A DNA stretch of 64,000 nucleotides. It comes from Gemmatimonadota bacterium (GTDB taxonomy: Bacteria > Latescibacterota > UBA2968 > UBA8231). The notes below the pieces were generated by a model that was given only the letters and a program-made list of their open reading frames with translations, was not told where the DNA came from and did no database searches. The DNA is taken from contig JAYPJE010000008.1 of NCBI GenBank assembly GCA_038128265.1, positions 1-64,000 on the forward strand. The letters run 5' to 3'. The position numbers were made by a program, and so were the translations under genes. Below, one piece after another: positions 1-9,061 of the stretch (the stretch's first letter is position 1; each line of letters starts with the position of its first letter).

Positions 1-629
1 TGCGCAACGGACAGTTTTACGGCATGTTTTCCTCGCCGCCGGGCAATCCCACCGATCGCTCCGACGAGTTGGTCGAGCGCTTTCGCGTCATGTTTGGACC
101 CGTGATGGAAGTGGCCGAAGACCTCGATATCAAGGTCTCGCTCGACGTGGCCGTGCGCATGGGGCAGATCGGCTGCAACCCAGAGATGTGGGAAAAAATC
201 CTCGACGCTGTTCCCTCGCCCCACCTCGGTCTGTCCTGCGACCCATCGCACTGGCTGTGGATGGGCATGCTGCCCGTTGAAGACGTTATTCGCGACTTTG
301 CCGGCAAATGGTATTTCGCCGACGTCAAAGACTGCGAGATCAGCGAGCGCATGCGCTACCGCCAGGGCATTATCGGCAACTGGTGGTGGCAGTATCGGGT
401 ACCCGGCCGCGGCCAGCTCAACTGGGCCACCATTATCGGTGCCCTACTCGAATCGGGCTACGGCTATGTGCTATGCGTGGAGAACGAGGACCGCGGCTTT
501 CCCGGCCTCGAGGGCTTTGCCTATGGCTGCAAACACCTGCGCCAGTTCCTGCCGCCCAGGGGCTCCGACTACGCACGCCCGTCACAGCACTGGAAAACGA
601 GCTCGTGGGAGCGACGCACCGACGTCTGA
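1..629 (+). CDS. Sugar phosphate isomerase/epimerase family (xylose isomerase-like TIM barrel), 5'-truncated
   Basis: C-terminal AP_endonuc_2-type motifs: DPSHWLW, DVKDCE, RVPGRGQLNW, GYGYVLCVENED. The frame is probably open past the window edge. Confidence 0.75.
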   Translation, partial: RNGQFYGMFSSPPGNPTDRSDELVERFRVMFGPVMEVAEDLDIKVSLDVAVRMGQIGCNPEMWEKILDAVPSPHLGLSCDPSHWLWMGMLPVEDVIRDFAGKWYFADVKDCEISERMRYRQGIIGNWWWQYRVPGRGQLNWATIIGALLESGYGYVLCVENEDRGFPGLEGFAYGCKHLRQFLPPRGSDYARPSQHWKTSSWERRTDV

Positions 630-633
630 TGGC

Positions 634-661
634 TTGACTTCAGAGCGTATTGCGCTATCCT
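634..661 (+). promoter_or_regulatory. sigma70-like promoter of the glnS leader
   Basis: TTGACT (634-639), N16, TATCCT (656-661), immediately after the upstream stop codon. Confidence 0.55.
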
Positions 662-697
662 TAAGTGCACTGCACGACTGACCCTGAGCCGAGTGAT

Positions 698-757
698 ATG
701 CCCATCCGCCAACAACAGCGACAGCAAGAGCCACTGCCATTATCCGTCGGCGGATAG
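698..757 (+). CDS. Putative Gln-rich attenuator leader peptide MPIRQQQRQQEPLPLSVGG (19 aa)
   Basis: ATG at 698, codons CAA CAA CAG CGA CAG CAA (710-727), TAG at 755-757. Lies between the promoter and a terminator upstream of glnS; SD is weak. Confidence 0.75.
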   Translation: MPIRQQQRQQEPLPLSVGG

Positions 758-789
758 TCCTGTGCACCAGCAAACCACTTTGCAAAACC

Positions 790-825
790 AGCCCGCTGCC
801 GACTCCGCGCAGCGGGTTTTTATTT
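790..825 (+). terminator. Attenuator terminator (3:4 hairpin) in the glnS leader
   Basis: Stem CCCGCTGC (792-799)/GCAGCGGG (809-816) followed by TTTTTATTT (817-825), about 50 nt before the glnS start. Confidence 0.8.
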
Positions 826-877
826 GGCCCGAGCGCGAACCCAGCGTGGAGTCGGCGCGGCTTGTAAACGAGGAACT

Positions 878-2593
878 ATGAGCGACGCAAAAACGGATCG
901 CGGTAGCGAACAAGACGGCACCGAAACAGTGCGCGACTTTCTGCGCGAAGAAATTGACTCCGACCTCCAAAGCCGGCGCTACGACGCCGTCGTAACCCGC
1001 TTTCCTCCCGAGCCTAACGCCTATATGACGATTGGCAACGCCAAGGCCATCTGCATCAACTTTGGCATAGCCGCCGAGTATGGAGGGCGCTGCCACCTGC
1101 GCTTTGACGACACCAATCCAGCGCGCGAGGAGCAGGAGTTCGTCGACGCCATTAAGGAAGATATTCGCTGGCTCGGCTTTGACTGGGGTGAGCACGAGTA
1201 CTACGCCTCGGACTACTTCCCGCAGCTTTACGAATGGGCCGTCGCGCTGATCGAGAAGGGCCTGGCCTACGTAGACGACCAGTCGGCCGACGAAATACGC
1301 GCCAACCGCGGCACGCTCACCGAACCCGGCACCAACAGCCCGCACCGCGAGCGCACGGTCGAGGAAAATCTCGACCTCTTCGAGCGCATGAAAAACGGCG
1401 AGTTTGCCGACGGCGCCAAGGTGCTGCGCGCCAAAATCGACATGGCCTCCGCCAACATCAACCTGCGCGATCCCGTCATGTATCGCATTCTCCACATGCC
1501 TCACCACCGCAGCGGCGACCAGTGGTGCATCTATCCGATGTATGACTGGGCGCACGGCCAGAGCGATTCGCTGGAGGGCATAACCCACTCACTGTGCTCG
1601 TACGAATTTGCCAACAACCGCCCGCTCTACGAATGGTTTATCGAACAGTTGGGCATCTTCCCCTCGCGCCAAATCGAGTTTGCGCGCGGCAATATAACGT
1701 ATACCGCACTGTCTAAACGCTATATTCGCGAGATGATGGAACGGGGCATTATCAGCGACTGGGACGATCCGCGCACCTACACGCTGCGCGGCCTGCGCCG
1801 ACTGGGCTGCCCGCCCGAAGCCGTGCGCCGCTTCTGGCGCGAAGTGGGCGTCGCCAAGCGCGATAACAACATCGACATCGCACTCCTCGAGTACTGCATG
1901 CGCGACCAGCTCAACCGGACGGCGCTGCGCCGCATGGCCGTGCTGCGACCGCTCAAAGTCGTTATTGAAAATTATCCAGAGGGCGAGAGCGAATTGCTCG
2001 AAGCGGTTAACAACCCAGAAGACGAGCGGGCGGGCACGCGCCAGGTGCCCTTTTCGCGCGAGCTCTACATTGAGCGCGAAGACTTTATGGAAGATCCGCC
2101 GCGCAAGTTTTTCCGCCTGGCACCGGGCCGCGAAGTGCGCCTGCGCTACGCCTACTTTATCACCTGCACCGACGTCATAAAAGACGAAAAGGGCGAGGTC
2201 GTCGAGCTGCGCTGCACCTACGACCCGGCCACGCGCGGCGGCGACGCACCCGACGGGCGCAAGGTAAAGGCCACGCTGCACTGGGTCTCCGCCCAGCATG
2301 CCGCCCAGGCGGAAGTGCGCCTCTATGACCGCCTGTTCAAGGTGGAAAACCCGCGTAAATTTCCCGAGGGCGGCAGCATTATCGATAACGTCAACCCCGA
2401 CTCGCTCGAGGTCATTTCGCCGGCGTATCTGGAGCCCGCCCTAACCGAAGCCGCGCCGGGCGACGCCTTCCAATTCGAGCGCATCGGCTATTTTTGCGCC
2501 GACGCCAAAGACCACGAAAGAGAGCACCCAGTATTTAACCGCACGGTCACGCTGCGCGACACCTGGGCACGCGTGCAAAAACAGGGCGCATAA
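878..2593 (+). CDS. glnS: Glutamine--tRNA ligase (divergent HIGH motif)
   Basis: [65 protein letters not shown] at 878 follows GAGGA. Confidence 0.95.
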   Translation: MSDAKTDRGSEQDGTETVRDFLREEIDSDLQSRRYDAVVTRFPPEPNAYMTIGNAKAICINFGIAAEYGGRCHLRFDDTNPAREEQEFVDAIKEDIRWLGFDWGEHEYYASDYFPQLYEWAVALIEKGLAYVDDQSADEIRANRGTLTEPGTNSPHRERTVEENLDLFERMKNGEFADGAKVLRAKIDMASANINLRDPVMYRILHMPHHRSGDQWCIYPMYDWAHGQSDSLEGITHSLCSYEFANNRPLYEWFIEQLGIFPSRQIEFARGNITYTALSKRYIREMMERGIISDWDDPRTYTLRGLRRLGCPPEAVRRFWREVGVAKRDNNIDIALLEYCMRDQLNRTALRRMAVLRPLKVVIENYPEGESELLEAVNNPEDERAGTRQVPFSRELYIEREDFMEDPPRKFFRLAPGREVRLRYAYFITCTDVIKDEKGEVVELRCTYDPATRGGDAPDGRKVKATLHWVSAQHAAQAEVRLYDRLFKVENPRKFPEGGSIIDNVNPDSLEVISPAYLEPALTEAAPGDAFQFERIGYFCADAKDHEREHPVFNRTVTLRDTWARVQKQGA

Positions 2594-2611
2594 GGCCCCA
2601 CTCGCAGAGCG

Positions 2612-2650
2612 CAGAAACGGCTCGGGTTAACGAGAGCCCAAGCCGTTTCC
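2612..2650. terminator. Hairpin between convergent glnS and gltX
   Basis: GAAACGGCT...AGCCGTTTC inverted repeat with an inner GGGTT/GAGCCC stem; only short U tracts. Confidence 0.45.
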
Positions 2651-2731
2651 AAACGCCTTGTTTTCAACGCGATCAAGGAGCCTGTATAGAGGGGTGCCGC
2701 TGGCCAATTACCTGCTGCACCGCCAACAGGC

Positions 2732-4225
2732 CTAAGAGGCGGACGGAGGCTTCTTCCACTCCTTTTCCAGCTTGGTCGCCTTCTTTTTTGACAGCCCACC
2801 CAGCGCGTTCATCGCCTGCAGCAGGCGCATGCGCACGATGTCTTGTCCCAACAGATGCGCGGTGTCAAAAAGCGGCGGGCCGACGCGCGATCCAACTAGC
2901 GCAGCCGTCAGCGGAACCGTTACATCGCGCACCGGCCAGGACCAGTACTCGGCCAGCGAGCGCACGGCCGACTCGATACCTTCGCGGTTCCATTCCAACA
3001 GAGCATCAAACGTCCAAATAGCCGTCTGCAGCATTTCAACTGCCTCTTCTGGTGCCCGCTTTTTGGGCACCAGGTCGTCAGCGACAGGCGCAACTTCGCG
3101 CGCCCAAAAAAACGCCGCCTTGGGCATAAAGTCTCCCAGCGTTTCCATGCGCTGCTGCAGCAGCGGAACGATCTGCCCAACGAATTCGTCGTTGAGCATC
3201 CACGCCTTTAGCTCGTCTAATACCTGCTCTGCCGTGCGCTCTTCGCGCAGATAGCGACCGTTGAGCCAGTTGAGCTTTTCCAGATCGAAAATCGACCCCC
3301 CGAGATTGATCCGGTCGGCATCGAAATGCTCGGTGAGCTGTGCAAAGCTAAACTTCTCCTCTTCTCCCAGCGGTGGGTACGCCATGAGCGCCAGGTAGTT
3401 GAGCAGCGCATCGCTGAGATAGCCCGCACGGCGATAGTACTCGATGGAGGTGGGATTGCGCCGCTTGGACATCTTGGTGCCGTCGGGGTTGAGCAAGAGC
3501 GGCAGGTGCATATACTCGGGCGGCTGCCAGCCAAAAGCCTCGTATAGAACCAGGTGTTTCGGCGTCGAGGTAATCCACTCTTCGCCGCGAATTACGTGCG
3601 TAATGCGCATGTGGTGATCGTCGACAACGGCGGCCAGGTGATAGGTCGGAAAACCGTCCGACTTTAACAGCACCTGGTCATCGGACTGGGCGTATTCCAA
3701 CTCCACGGTGCCGCGCAGGCGGTCGCGCACAACACAGGTGCCTTGCTGAGGCATCTTGAGGCGAATCACGTGTGCCTCGCCGCTGGCTACTCTGCTATCG
3801 ACTTCGTCCTTGGCCAGGTGCATGCAGTGGCGATCGTAGCCCAAACGCTCTCGGTTTTTCGCCTGCTCGGCGCGCAGCGCGCTCAGGCGCTCGGCCGAGC
3901 AAAAGCAGGGATAGGCGTGCCCCGATTCGACCAGTTGGTCGACGTGCTCGCGATACAGTGCCAGGCGCTCGCTCTGGCGATAGGGCCCGTGGGGACCGCC
4001 AATATCCGGCCCCTCATCCCATTCCAATCCGATCCAGCGCAACGACTGTATTAGCGACTCTTCGTACTCTCTGCGCGAACGCGTCTGATCCGTGTCTTCG
4101 ATGCGCAGCACAAACTGCCCACCATACTTCTTGACGTATAGCAGATCGAACAAACCTTGGTAGGCCGTTCCCACGTGAGTGGGCCCCGTCGGCGAGGGCG
4201 CCAGACGCACGCGAACTTCGCTCAT
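2732..4225 (-). CDS. gltX: Glutamate--tRNA ligase
   Basis: RLAPSPTG, HVGT, LRIEDTD, PYRQSER, IRGEEW and KMSKR motifs. Confidence 0.96.
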   Translation of the reverse strand: MSEVRVRLAPSPTGPTHVGTAYQGLFDLLYVKKYGGQFVLRIEDTDQTRSRREYEESLIQSLRWIGLEWDEGPDIGGPHGPYRQSERLALYREHVDQLVESGHAYPCFCSAERLSALRAEQAKNRERLGYDRHCMHLAKDEVDSRVASGEAHVIRLKMPQQGTCVVRDRLRGTVELEYAQSDDQVLLKSDGFPTYHLAAVVDDHHMRITHVIRGEEWITSTPKHLVLYEAFGWQPPEYMHLPLLLNPDGTKMSKRRNPTSIEYYRRAGYLSDALLNYLALMAYPPLGEEEKFSFAQLTEHFDADRINLGGSIFDLEKLNWLNGRYLREERTAEQVLDELKAWMLNDEFVGQIVPLLQQRMETLGDFMPKAAFFWAREVAPVADDLVPKKRAPEEAVEMLQTAIWTFDALLEWNREGIESAVRSLAEYWSWPVRDVTVPLTAALVGSRVGPPLFDTAHLLGQDIVRMRLLQAMNALGGLSKKKATKLEKEWKKPPSAS

Positions 4226-4441
4226 AATCGACTTCCTCTCGAGTGTAAAACCAGCTTAGACAAAGAATTAAAAAGTAAGGAGTTCCACATCAAACGCAAC
4301 GCACCGGGTTTGCATTATTCGTCCCCATACGTCATCTTAAGTGCATAACATGCTGTATGTTCCGCCTCTCGAAGATCGCCGCATCACTCCCATATCAGCG
4401 CCTCCTCGATAGCGACAACGCACCACCACTGAAAGGGTTAT

Positions 4442-5677
4442 ATGCTCTTTAGAGACCTAGACCTACCTGCCGCTGTGCTCAAAGCTCTCGATGAGATGGG
4501 CTACGAGGAGACCACACCTATCCAGGAAAAGACGCTGCCCCACATTTTGGCCGGCAAGGATGTGCTTGGCTTAGCCGAGACGGGCTCGGGCAAAACCAGC
4601 GCCTGCGCCATTCCGCTCGTCTCGAAAATAGACGAGGAAAATCGCGGCATTCAGGTGCTTATTCTCGTTCCCACGCGCGAGTTGGCGCTGCAGTACGTGC
4701 AGGAAGTCGACGAAGTATCCAAACACTCCGGCGTCGTGCCCTTTGCCGTATTTGGCGGATTTGATATGGATATCCAGAAGGCCAAACTCAAGCACGGCGT
4801 GCACATTCTGGTGGCCACGCCCGGACGGCTAATCGACTTGATATGGAATCACCGCCTCGACCTGGAGCAGGTAAAGAGCGTCGTCCTCGACGAAGCCGAT
4901 GAAATGCTCAAAATGGGTTTTATCGAAGACGTCGATTTTATCATGTCCTGCATGATGCAAGAACACCAGACACTGCTATTCTCGGCGACCATGCCCAAAG
5001 AGGTCGAGCGCCTGACGCAGCAGTACCTGCGCGATCCCGAGCGCGTTGAGCTCAACCGCGAGCAGCGCGCGCCGCAGTCGCTCAAACACTATTTCCAGCA
5101 CGTCGGTCGCAACCGCATCGACGCGCTCGTCGAGTACGTCGACGCCAACGACGTCAAACAGGGCATTATCTTTTGCAACTCGCGCGACAAGGCGTCGGAA
5201 CTGCTCAACAGCCTACAAAAGCGCATCCGCTCACTGGAAATTATCCACGGCGGCTTGGACCAAGATCGTCGCACGTCGATTTTTCGCCGCTTTCGCCAGA
5301 AGAAAGTGCGCTTTATGATCGCCACGGACGTAGCGGGCCGCGGACTCGACTTTAGCCACGTAACCCACGTCATCAACTACGACTTCCCGTTCAATCCGGA
5401 AATATACACGCACCGCACGGGGCGGGCCGGACGCATGGGACGCGAGGGAGTGGCCATCACCTTTGTCGGCGATCGCGATCTGACCGAACTCAAGCGCCTT
5501 TTTCGCTCGCATCCCATCGAAGCGCACTGGATCGGCGAGGAGCCCGACCTCGAGGCCGTGCGCGCCAAGCGCAACGGGCGCGGGGGTGGACGTGGGCGCG
5601 GAGGGGGGCGCGGGCGCGGCACCGGACAGCCCCGCGGTCGAAGTGGGAAGGGCAGAAAAGCCGCAGCCAGCACCTAA
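4442..5677 (+). CDS. DEAD-box RNA helicase with RGG-rich C-terminal tail
   Basis: Q motif TPIQ, AETGSGKT, PTRELA, TPGRL, DEAD, SAT, RGLD, HRTGRAGR; tail GRGGGRGRGGGRGRG. Confidence 0.95.
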   Translation: MLFRDLDLPAAVLKALDEMGYEETTPIQEKTLPHILAGKDVLGLAETGSGKTSACAIPLVSKIDEENRGIQVLILVPTRELALQYVQEVDEVSKHSGVVPFAVFGGFDMDIQKAKLKHGVHILVATPGRLIDLIWNHRLDLEQVKSVVLDEADEMLKMGFIEDVDFIMSCMMQEHQTLLFSATMPKEVERLTQQYLRDPERVELNREQRAPQSLKHYFQHVGRNRIDALVEYVDANDVKQGIIFCNSRDKASELLNSLQKRIRSLEIIHGGLDQDRRTSIFRRFRQKKVRFMIATDVAGRGLDFSHVTHVINYDFPFNPEIYTHRTGRAGRMGREGVAITFVGDRDLTELKRLFRSHPIEAHWIGEEPDLEAVRAKRNGRGGGRGRGGGRGRGTGQPRGRSGKGRKAAAST

Positions 5678-5728
5678 CGCACCACGGATGTACATAACTG
5701 CACTACACCCAAAACCAAGGAGTCCATC

Positions 5729-6214
5729 GTGCACATTGCCGACAACAGCGTCGTAACCATCCACTACACGTTGACCAATGACGCAGGTGAAATGGTCGAC
5801 ACATCCGATGGCCGCGAACCGCTGGTCTATCTGCACGGCGCGCAAAACATTATCCCCGGCTTGGAAAGGGAACTGTCAGGTAAAGTCGTAGGCGATTCTT
5901 TCGATGTCACCATCCAGCCCGAAGACGGCTATGGCATTGCCAATCCCGAGTTGGTGCAGACGGTGCCACACAGCGCGTTTGAAGGCGTCGATAAAGTAGA
6001 ACCCGGCATGCAGTTTCAAGCACGCGGCGACGACGGCAATACGCAGGTAATCACCGTCACCGAAATCGGCGACGACGGCATCACGGTCGATGGCAACCAT
6101 CCGCTGGCCGGACAGGTGCTCAATTTCTCCGTAAGCGTCGAAGACATCCGCGAGGCCAGCCAGGAAGAGCTCGAGCACGGACACGTGCACGGTCCCGGCG
6201 GCCATCATCACTGA
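5729..6214 (+). CDS. slyD: FKBP-type peptidyl-prolyl isomerase SlyD
   Basis: VVTIHYTL, PLVYLHG, VDGNHPLAG and a His-rich C-terminus; GTG start after AAGGAG. Confidence 0.93.
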   Translation: MHIADNSVVTIHYTLTNDAGEMVDTSDGREPLVYLHGAQNIIPGLERELSGKVVGDSFDVTIQPEDGYGIANPELVQTVPHSAFEGVDKVEPGMQFQARGDDGNTQVITVTEIGDDGITVDGNHPLAGQVLNFSVSVEDIREASQEELEHGHVHGPGGHHH

Positions 6215-6227
6215 GAATGCCCTGGCC

Positions 6228-6974
6228 GTGCGCGCTGAGATTGCCGTTGAAATCTGCATCGACGCCAGCGATCCACACAATGCAGAAAGCGCACTGCTGG
6301 CCGCATGGAAGGGCGGCGCCGATCGCGTTGAAGTCTGCGCTGCTATGGACGTCGGTGGCGTGACGCCCGATCGCCAGCGCATTCGCACTGCCCGCTCTAT
6401 TTTTGCCGACCGTCCCGGCGTCGTATGCATGATTCGACCCCGGGGCGGTGATTTTTTTTACAGCCCAGCCGAGATCGACGCCATGTCCGCGCATATTGAG
6501 GGAGCCGCCGAAGCGGGCGCTAATGGCGTGGCCCTGGGCGCCCTGCAGCCGTCGGACAGCAGTCTCGACGTCGAGGCCATGCGCCATCTGACGGACCGCG
6601 CCCGTGCGCTGGGACTAGCCGTGACCCTACACCGCGCGTTCGACGCCACACCCAACCGGGCGGCGGCGCTGGAAACCGCCATCGAGCTGGGTGTGCAGCG
6701 CGTGCTGAGCAGCGGCACGCCCTGGGGTAGCGACGACGGGGCTCTGACCGGCCTGAGCGTGCTGGAACAGCTCTGCGCACAGGCCAGTGGGCGCCTAGAG
6801 CTCATCGCTGCCGGCCGCATCTGCCCCCAAAGCGCCCAGCCCATTGCCCGCGCACTGGGCGCGTCGACCACCCCCCTGAGCCTGCACGCCTTCTCTGGAG
6901 CATGTGCACAGGGAGCCACTTCGGCCGCACTCGTCGATGCCATAAAAACCGCGGCCAATCGCGATCGACCATAG
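6228..6974 (+). CDS. cutC: Copper homeostasis protein CutC family
   Basis: EICID, GGADRVEVC, GGVTP, MIRPRGGDFFYS, TLHRAFD, RVLSSG. Confidence 0.9.
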   Translation: MRAEIAVEICIDASDPHNAESALLAAWKGGADRVEVCAAMDVGGVTPDRQRIRTARSIFADRPGVVCMIRPRGGDFFYSPAEIDAMSAHIEGAAEAGANGVALGALQPSDSSLDVEAMRHLTDRARALGLAVTLHRAFDATPNRAAALETAIELGVQRVLSSGTPWGSDDGALTGLSVLEQLCAQASGRLELIAAGRICPQSAQPIARALGASTTPLSLHAFSGACAQGATSAALVDAIKTAANRDRP

Positions 6975-7018
6975 GAAGCAACCCGAGCGATTGCGCCATC
7001 CGAGCGGTTTTTCGCCCC

Positions 7019-7047
7019 TTGACACATGCACACCTGTTCACTATACT
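7019..7047 (+). promoter_or_regulatory. sigma70 promoter of parE-parC with an operator-like 12-mer in the spacer
   Basis: TTGACA-N17-TATACT; the spacer contains GCACACCTGTTC (7028-7039). Confidence 0.75.
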
Positions 7048-7225
7048 GAAGCGCGGAGATTTTCTTACATTAGCAGCGCCCACGCGCCAGCGGCTCCCCC
7101 GCCTCTTCCCCTAAACCTGGCCTCGGCACCTCCCCATACGTAGCGTAAACGCACTCCCATATGTCCACAGCTGGCGGCGCGCCCCTGCGCAATACGCCGG
7201 CCTTTTCAGCCCAACTATATCTCTT

Positions 7226-9061
7226 ATGGAAGCAATGGCACTCACTGCAGCAAACGGCAAAACCGCCAAAAACGGCGCCGTTCACTACGACGAATCCAAA
7301 ATAAAAACGCTCTCCTCGTTAGAGCATATTCGCCTGCGCACCGGCATGTATATAGGCCGCCTCGGTTCGGGCGCCGATCCAGATGACGGCATTTACATCC
7401 TGCTCAAAGAAGTGGTCGACAACGCCATCGATGAGTTCATTATGGGACACGGCAAGCAGGTCGATGTATCCATAGAGGACGCCACGGTGCGCATACGCGA
7501 CTACGGGCGCGGTATTCCCTTGGGCAAGATCGTCGAGTGCGTATCCGTTATCAATACGGGCGCCAAATACAACGACGACGTCTTCCAGTTCAGCGTCGGC
7601 CTAAACGGCGTTGGCACCAAGGCCGTCAACGCGCTGTCCTCACACTTTCGCGTCAAGGCGTTTCGGGGCGGCCAGTACGCCGAGGCCGTCTTCGCGCGCG
7701 GTGGCTTGGTCTCGCATACGCGCAAGGGCAAAACCGACGAGGCCGACGGCACGTTTGTAGAATTCCTTCCCGACGCAGAAATATTCGGCGAATACGAATT
7801 CAACTACGAATTTGTCGAACGCCGCATGTGGAATTATGCCTGCCTAAATAGTGGCTTACGCCTCGCGTTTAATGGCCAGAAATTTGACTCTAAGCACGGC
7901 CTGCTCGACCTGCTCAAAGGCGAGGTGGGTGACGGCACCGTTTACGAACCGGCCCACTACGCGTCTCAGTACCTGGAGTTTTCTCTGACGCATGTTCAGG
8001 GCTACGGCGAATCCTACCGCTCGTTTGTCAACGGCCAGTACACCAGCGATGGAGGCACCCACCAGAGCGCTTTCCGCGAGGGCGTTTTCAAGGGCGTCAA
8101 CGAATTTTACAAAAAGAGCTTCAACAGCATCGATGTGCGCGATGGCACCTTTGCCGCCGTGGCCGTCAAAGTCAAAGAGCCCGTCTTCGAATCGCAGACC
8201 AAGAACAAGCTCGGCAATACCGATGTGCGCGGCTGGATCGTCAACGAGACCAAAGAGGCGATCGTCGATTTCCTCCATAAAAACCAGGAGGCCGCCCAGC
8301 GCCTCGAACAGCGCATCGTCTACAACGAAAAGCTGCGCAAAGAGCTCAACGCCGTTAAGAAAGAGGCCAAAGAAGCCGCGCGGCGCATCGAGATAAAGAT
8401 TCCCAAACTCAAAGACTGCAAATTTCATCTCGGAGACAAAAAGCGCGGCGAGGAGTCGACGATCTTTATCACCGAGGGCGTATCGGCAGCTGGTTCGATC
8501 GTCTCTTCGCGCAACCCAGAAACGCAGGCCATTTTCACCCTTAAGGGCAAACCGCAAAATCTATTTGGCAAGAGCCGCGCCGACATTTACAAAAACGAAG
8601 AACTCTACAATATGATGATGGCGCTCGGCATTGAGGAAGACGTAGAAAACCTGCGCTACAACCAAGTCGTCATCGCCACCGATGCGGATGTCGACGGCTT
8701 CCACATTCGCAACCTGCTAATGACCTTTTTCCTAACCTACTTTGAGGAATTGGTAACGAGCGGCCACGTCTATATTCTCGAAACGCCGCTCTTTCGCGTG
8801 CGCGACAAGCAGCAGACCATATACTGCTACAGCGAAAAGGAGCGCGATCGCGCCTTCAAAAAATTGAAGAGCGCAGAAATCACCCGTTTCAAGGGCCTGG
8901 GTGAGATCTCACCCAAGGAATTTGGGCAGTTTATCAACGGCGATATGCGCCTAGTTAAGGTCAGCGTGCGCACCATGGCTGCCGTGCCCGACACGCTGTC
9001 TTTCTTTATGGGCAAGAACACGCCCGAGCGACGCGATTTTATTATGGAGCACCTCGTCTAA
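7226..9061 (+). CDS. parE: DNA topoisomerase IV subunit B
   Basis: EHIRLRTGMYIG, EVVDNAIDE, GLNGVG, ITEG, DADVDG, RFKGLGE. Short type IIA B subunit; alternative start at 7235. Confidence 0.88.
   Translation: MEAMALTAANGKTAKNGAVHYDESKIKTLSSLEHIRLRTGMYIGRLGSGADPDDGIYILLKEVVDNAIDEFIMGHGKQVDVSIEDATVRIRDYGRGIPLGKIVECVSVINTGAKYNDDVFQFSVGLNGVGTKAVNALSSHFRVKAFRGGQYAEAVFARGGLVSHTRKGKTDEADGTFVEFLPDAEIFGEYEFNYEFVERRMWNYACLNSGLRLAFNGQKFDSKHGLLDLLKGEVGDGTVYEPAHYASQYLEFSLTHVQGYGESYRSFVNGQYTSDGGTHQSAFREGVFKGVNEFYKKSFNSIDVRDGTFAAVAVKVKEPVFESQTKNKLGNTDVRGWIVNETKEAIVDFLHKNQEAAQRLEQRIVYNEKLRKELNAVKKEAKEAARRIEIKIPKLKDCKFHLGDKKRGEESTIFITEGVSAAGSIVSSRNPETQAIFTLKGKPQNLFGKSRADIYKNEELYNMMMALGIEEDVENLRYNQVVIATDADVDGFHIRNLLMTFFLTYFEELVTSGHVYILETPLFRVRDKQQTIYCYSEKERDRAFKKLKSAEITRFKGLGEISPKEFGQFINGDMRLVKVSVRTMAAVPDTLSFFMGKNTPERRDFIMEHLV

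Noticed and set aside
670..830. T-box riboswitch upstream of glnS
   Set aside because: No UGGNACC T-box sequence or stem I motifs are visible.
693..881. 62-aa ORF in the track spanning the glnS leader
   Set aside because: It runs through the terminator and has no recognisable features; the 19-codon Gln-rich frame explains the region better.
4226..4330. Glu-codon leader peptide upstream of gltX
   Set aside because: The only short uORF found (MQTRCVAFDVELLTF) has one Glu and no terminator follows.
660..4347. Shared CTTAAGTGCA just after the putative -10 elements of glnS and the DEAD-box gene
   Set aside because: Only 10 bp in two copies, and the second promoter is weakly supported; may be chance.
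5575..5620. G-rich tract with G-quadruplex potential
   Set aside because: Fully explained by Gly/Arg codons of the helicase RGG tail.
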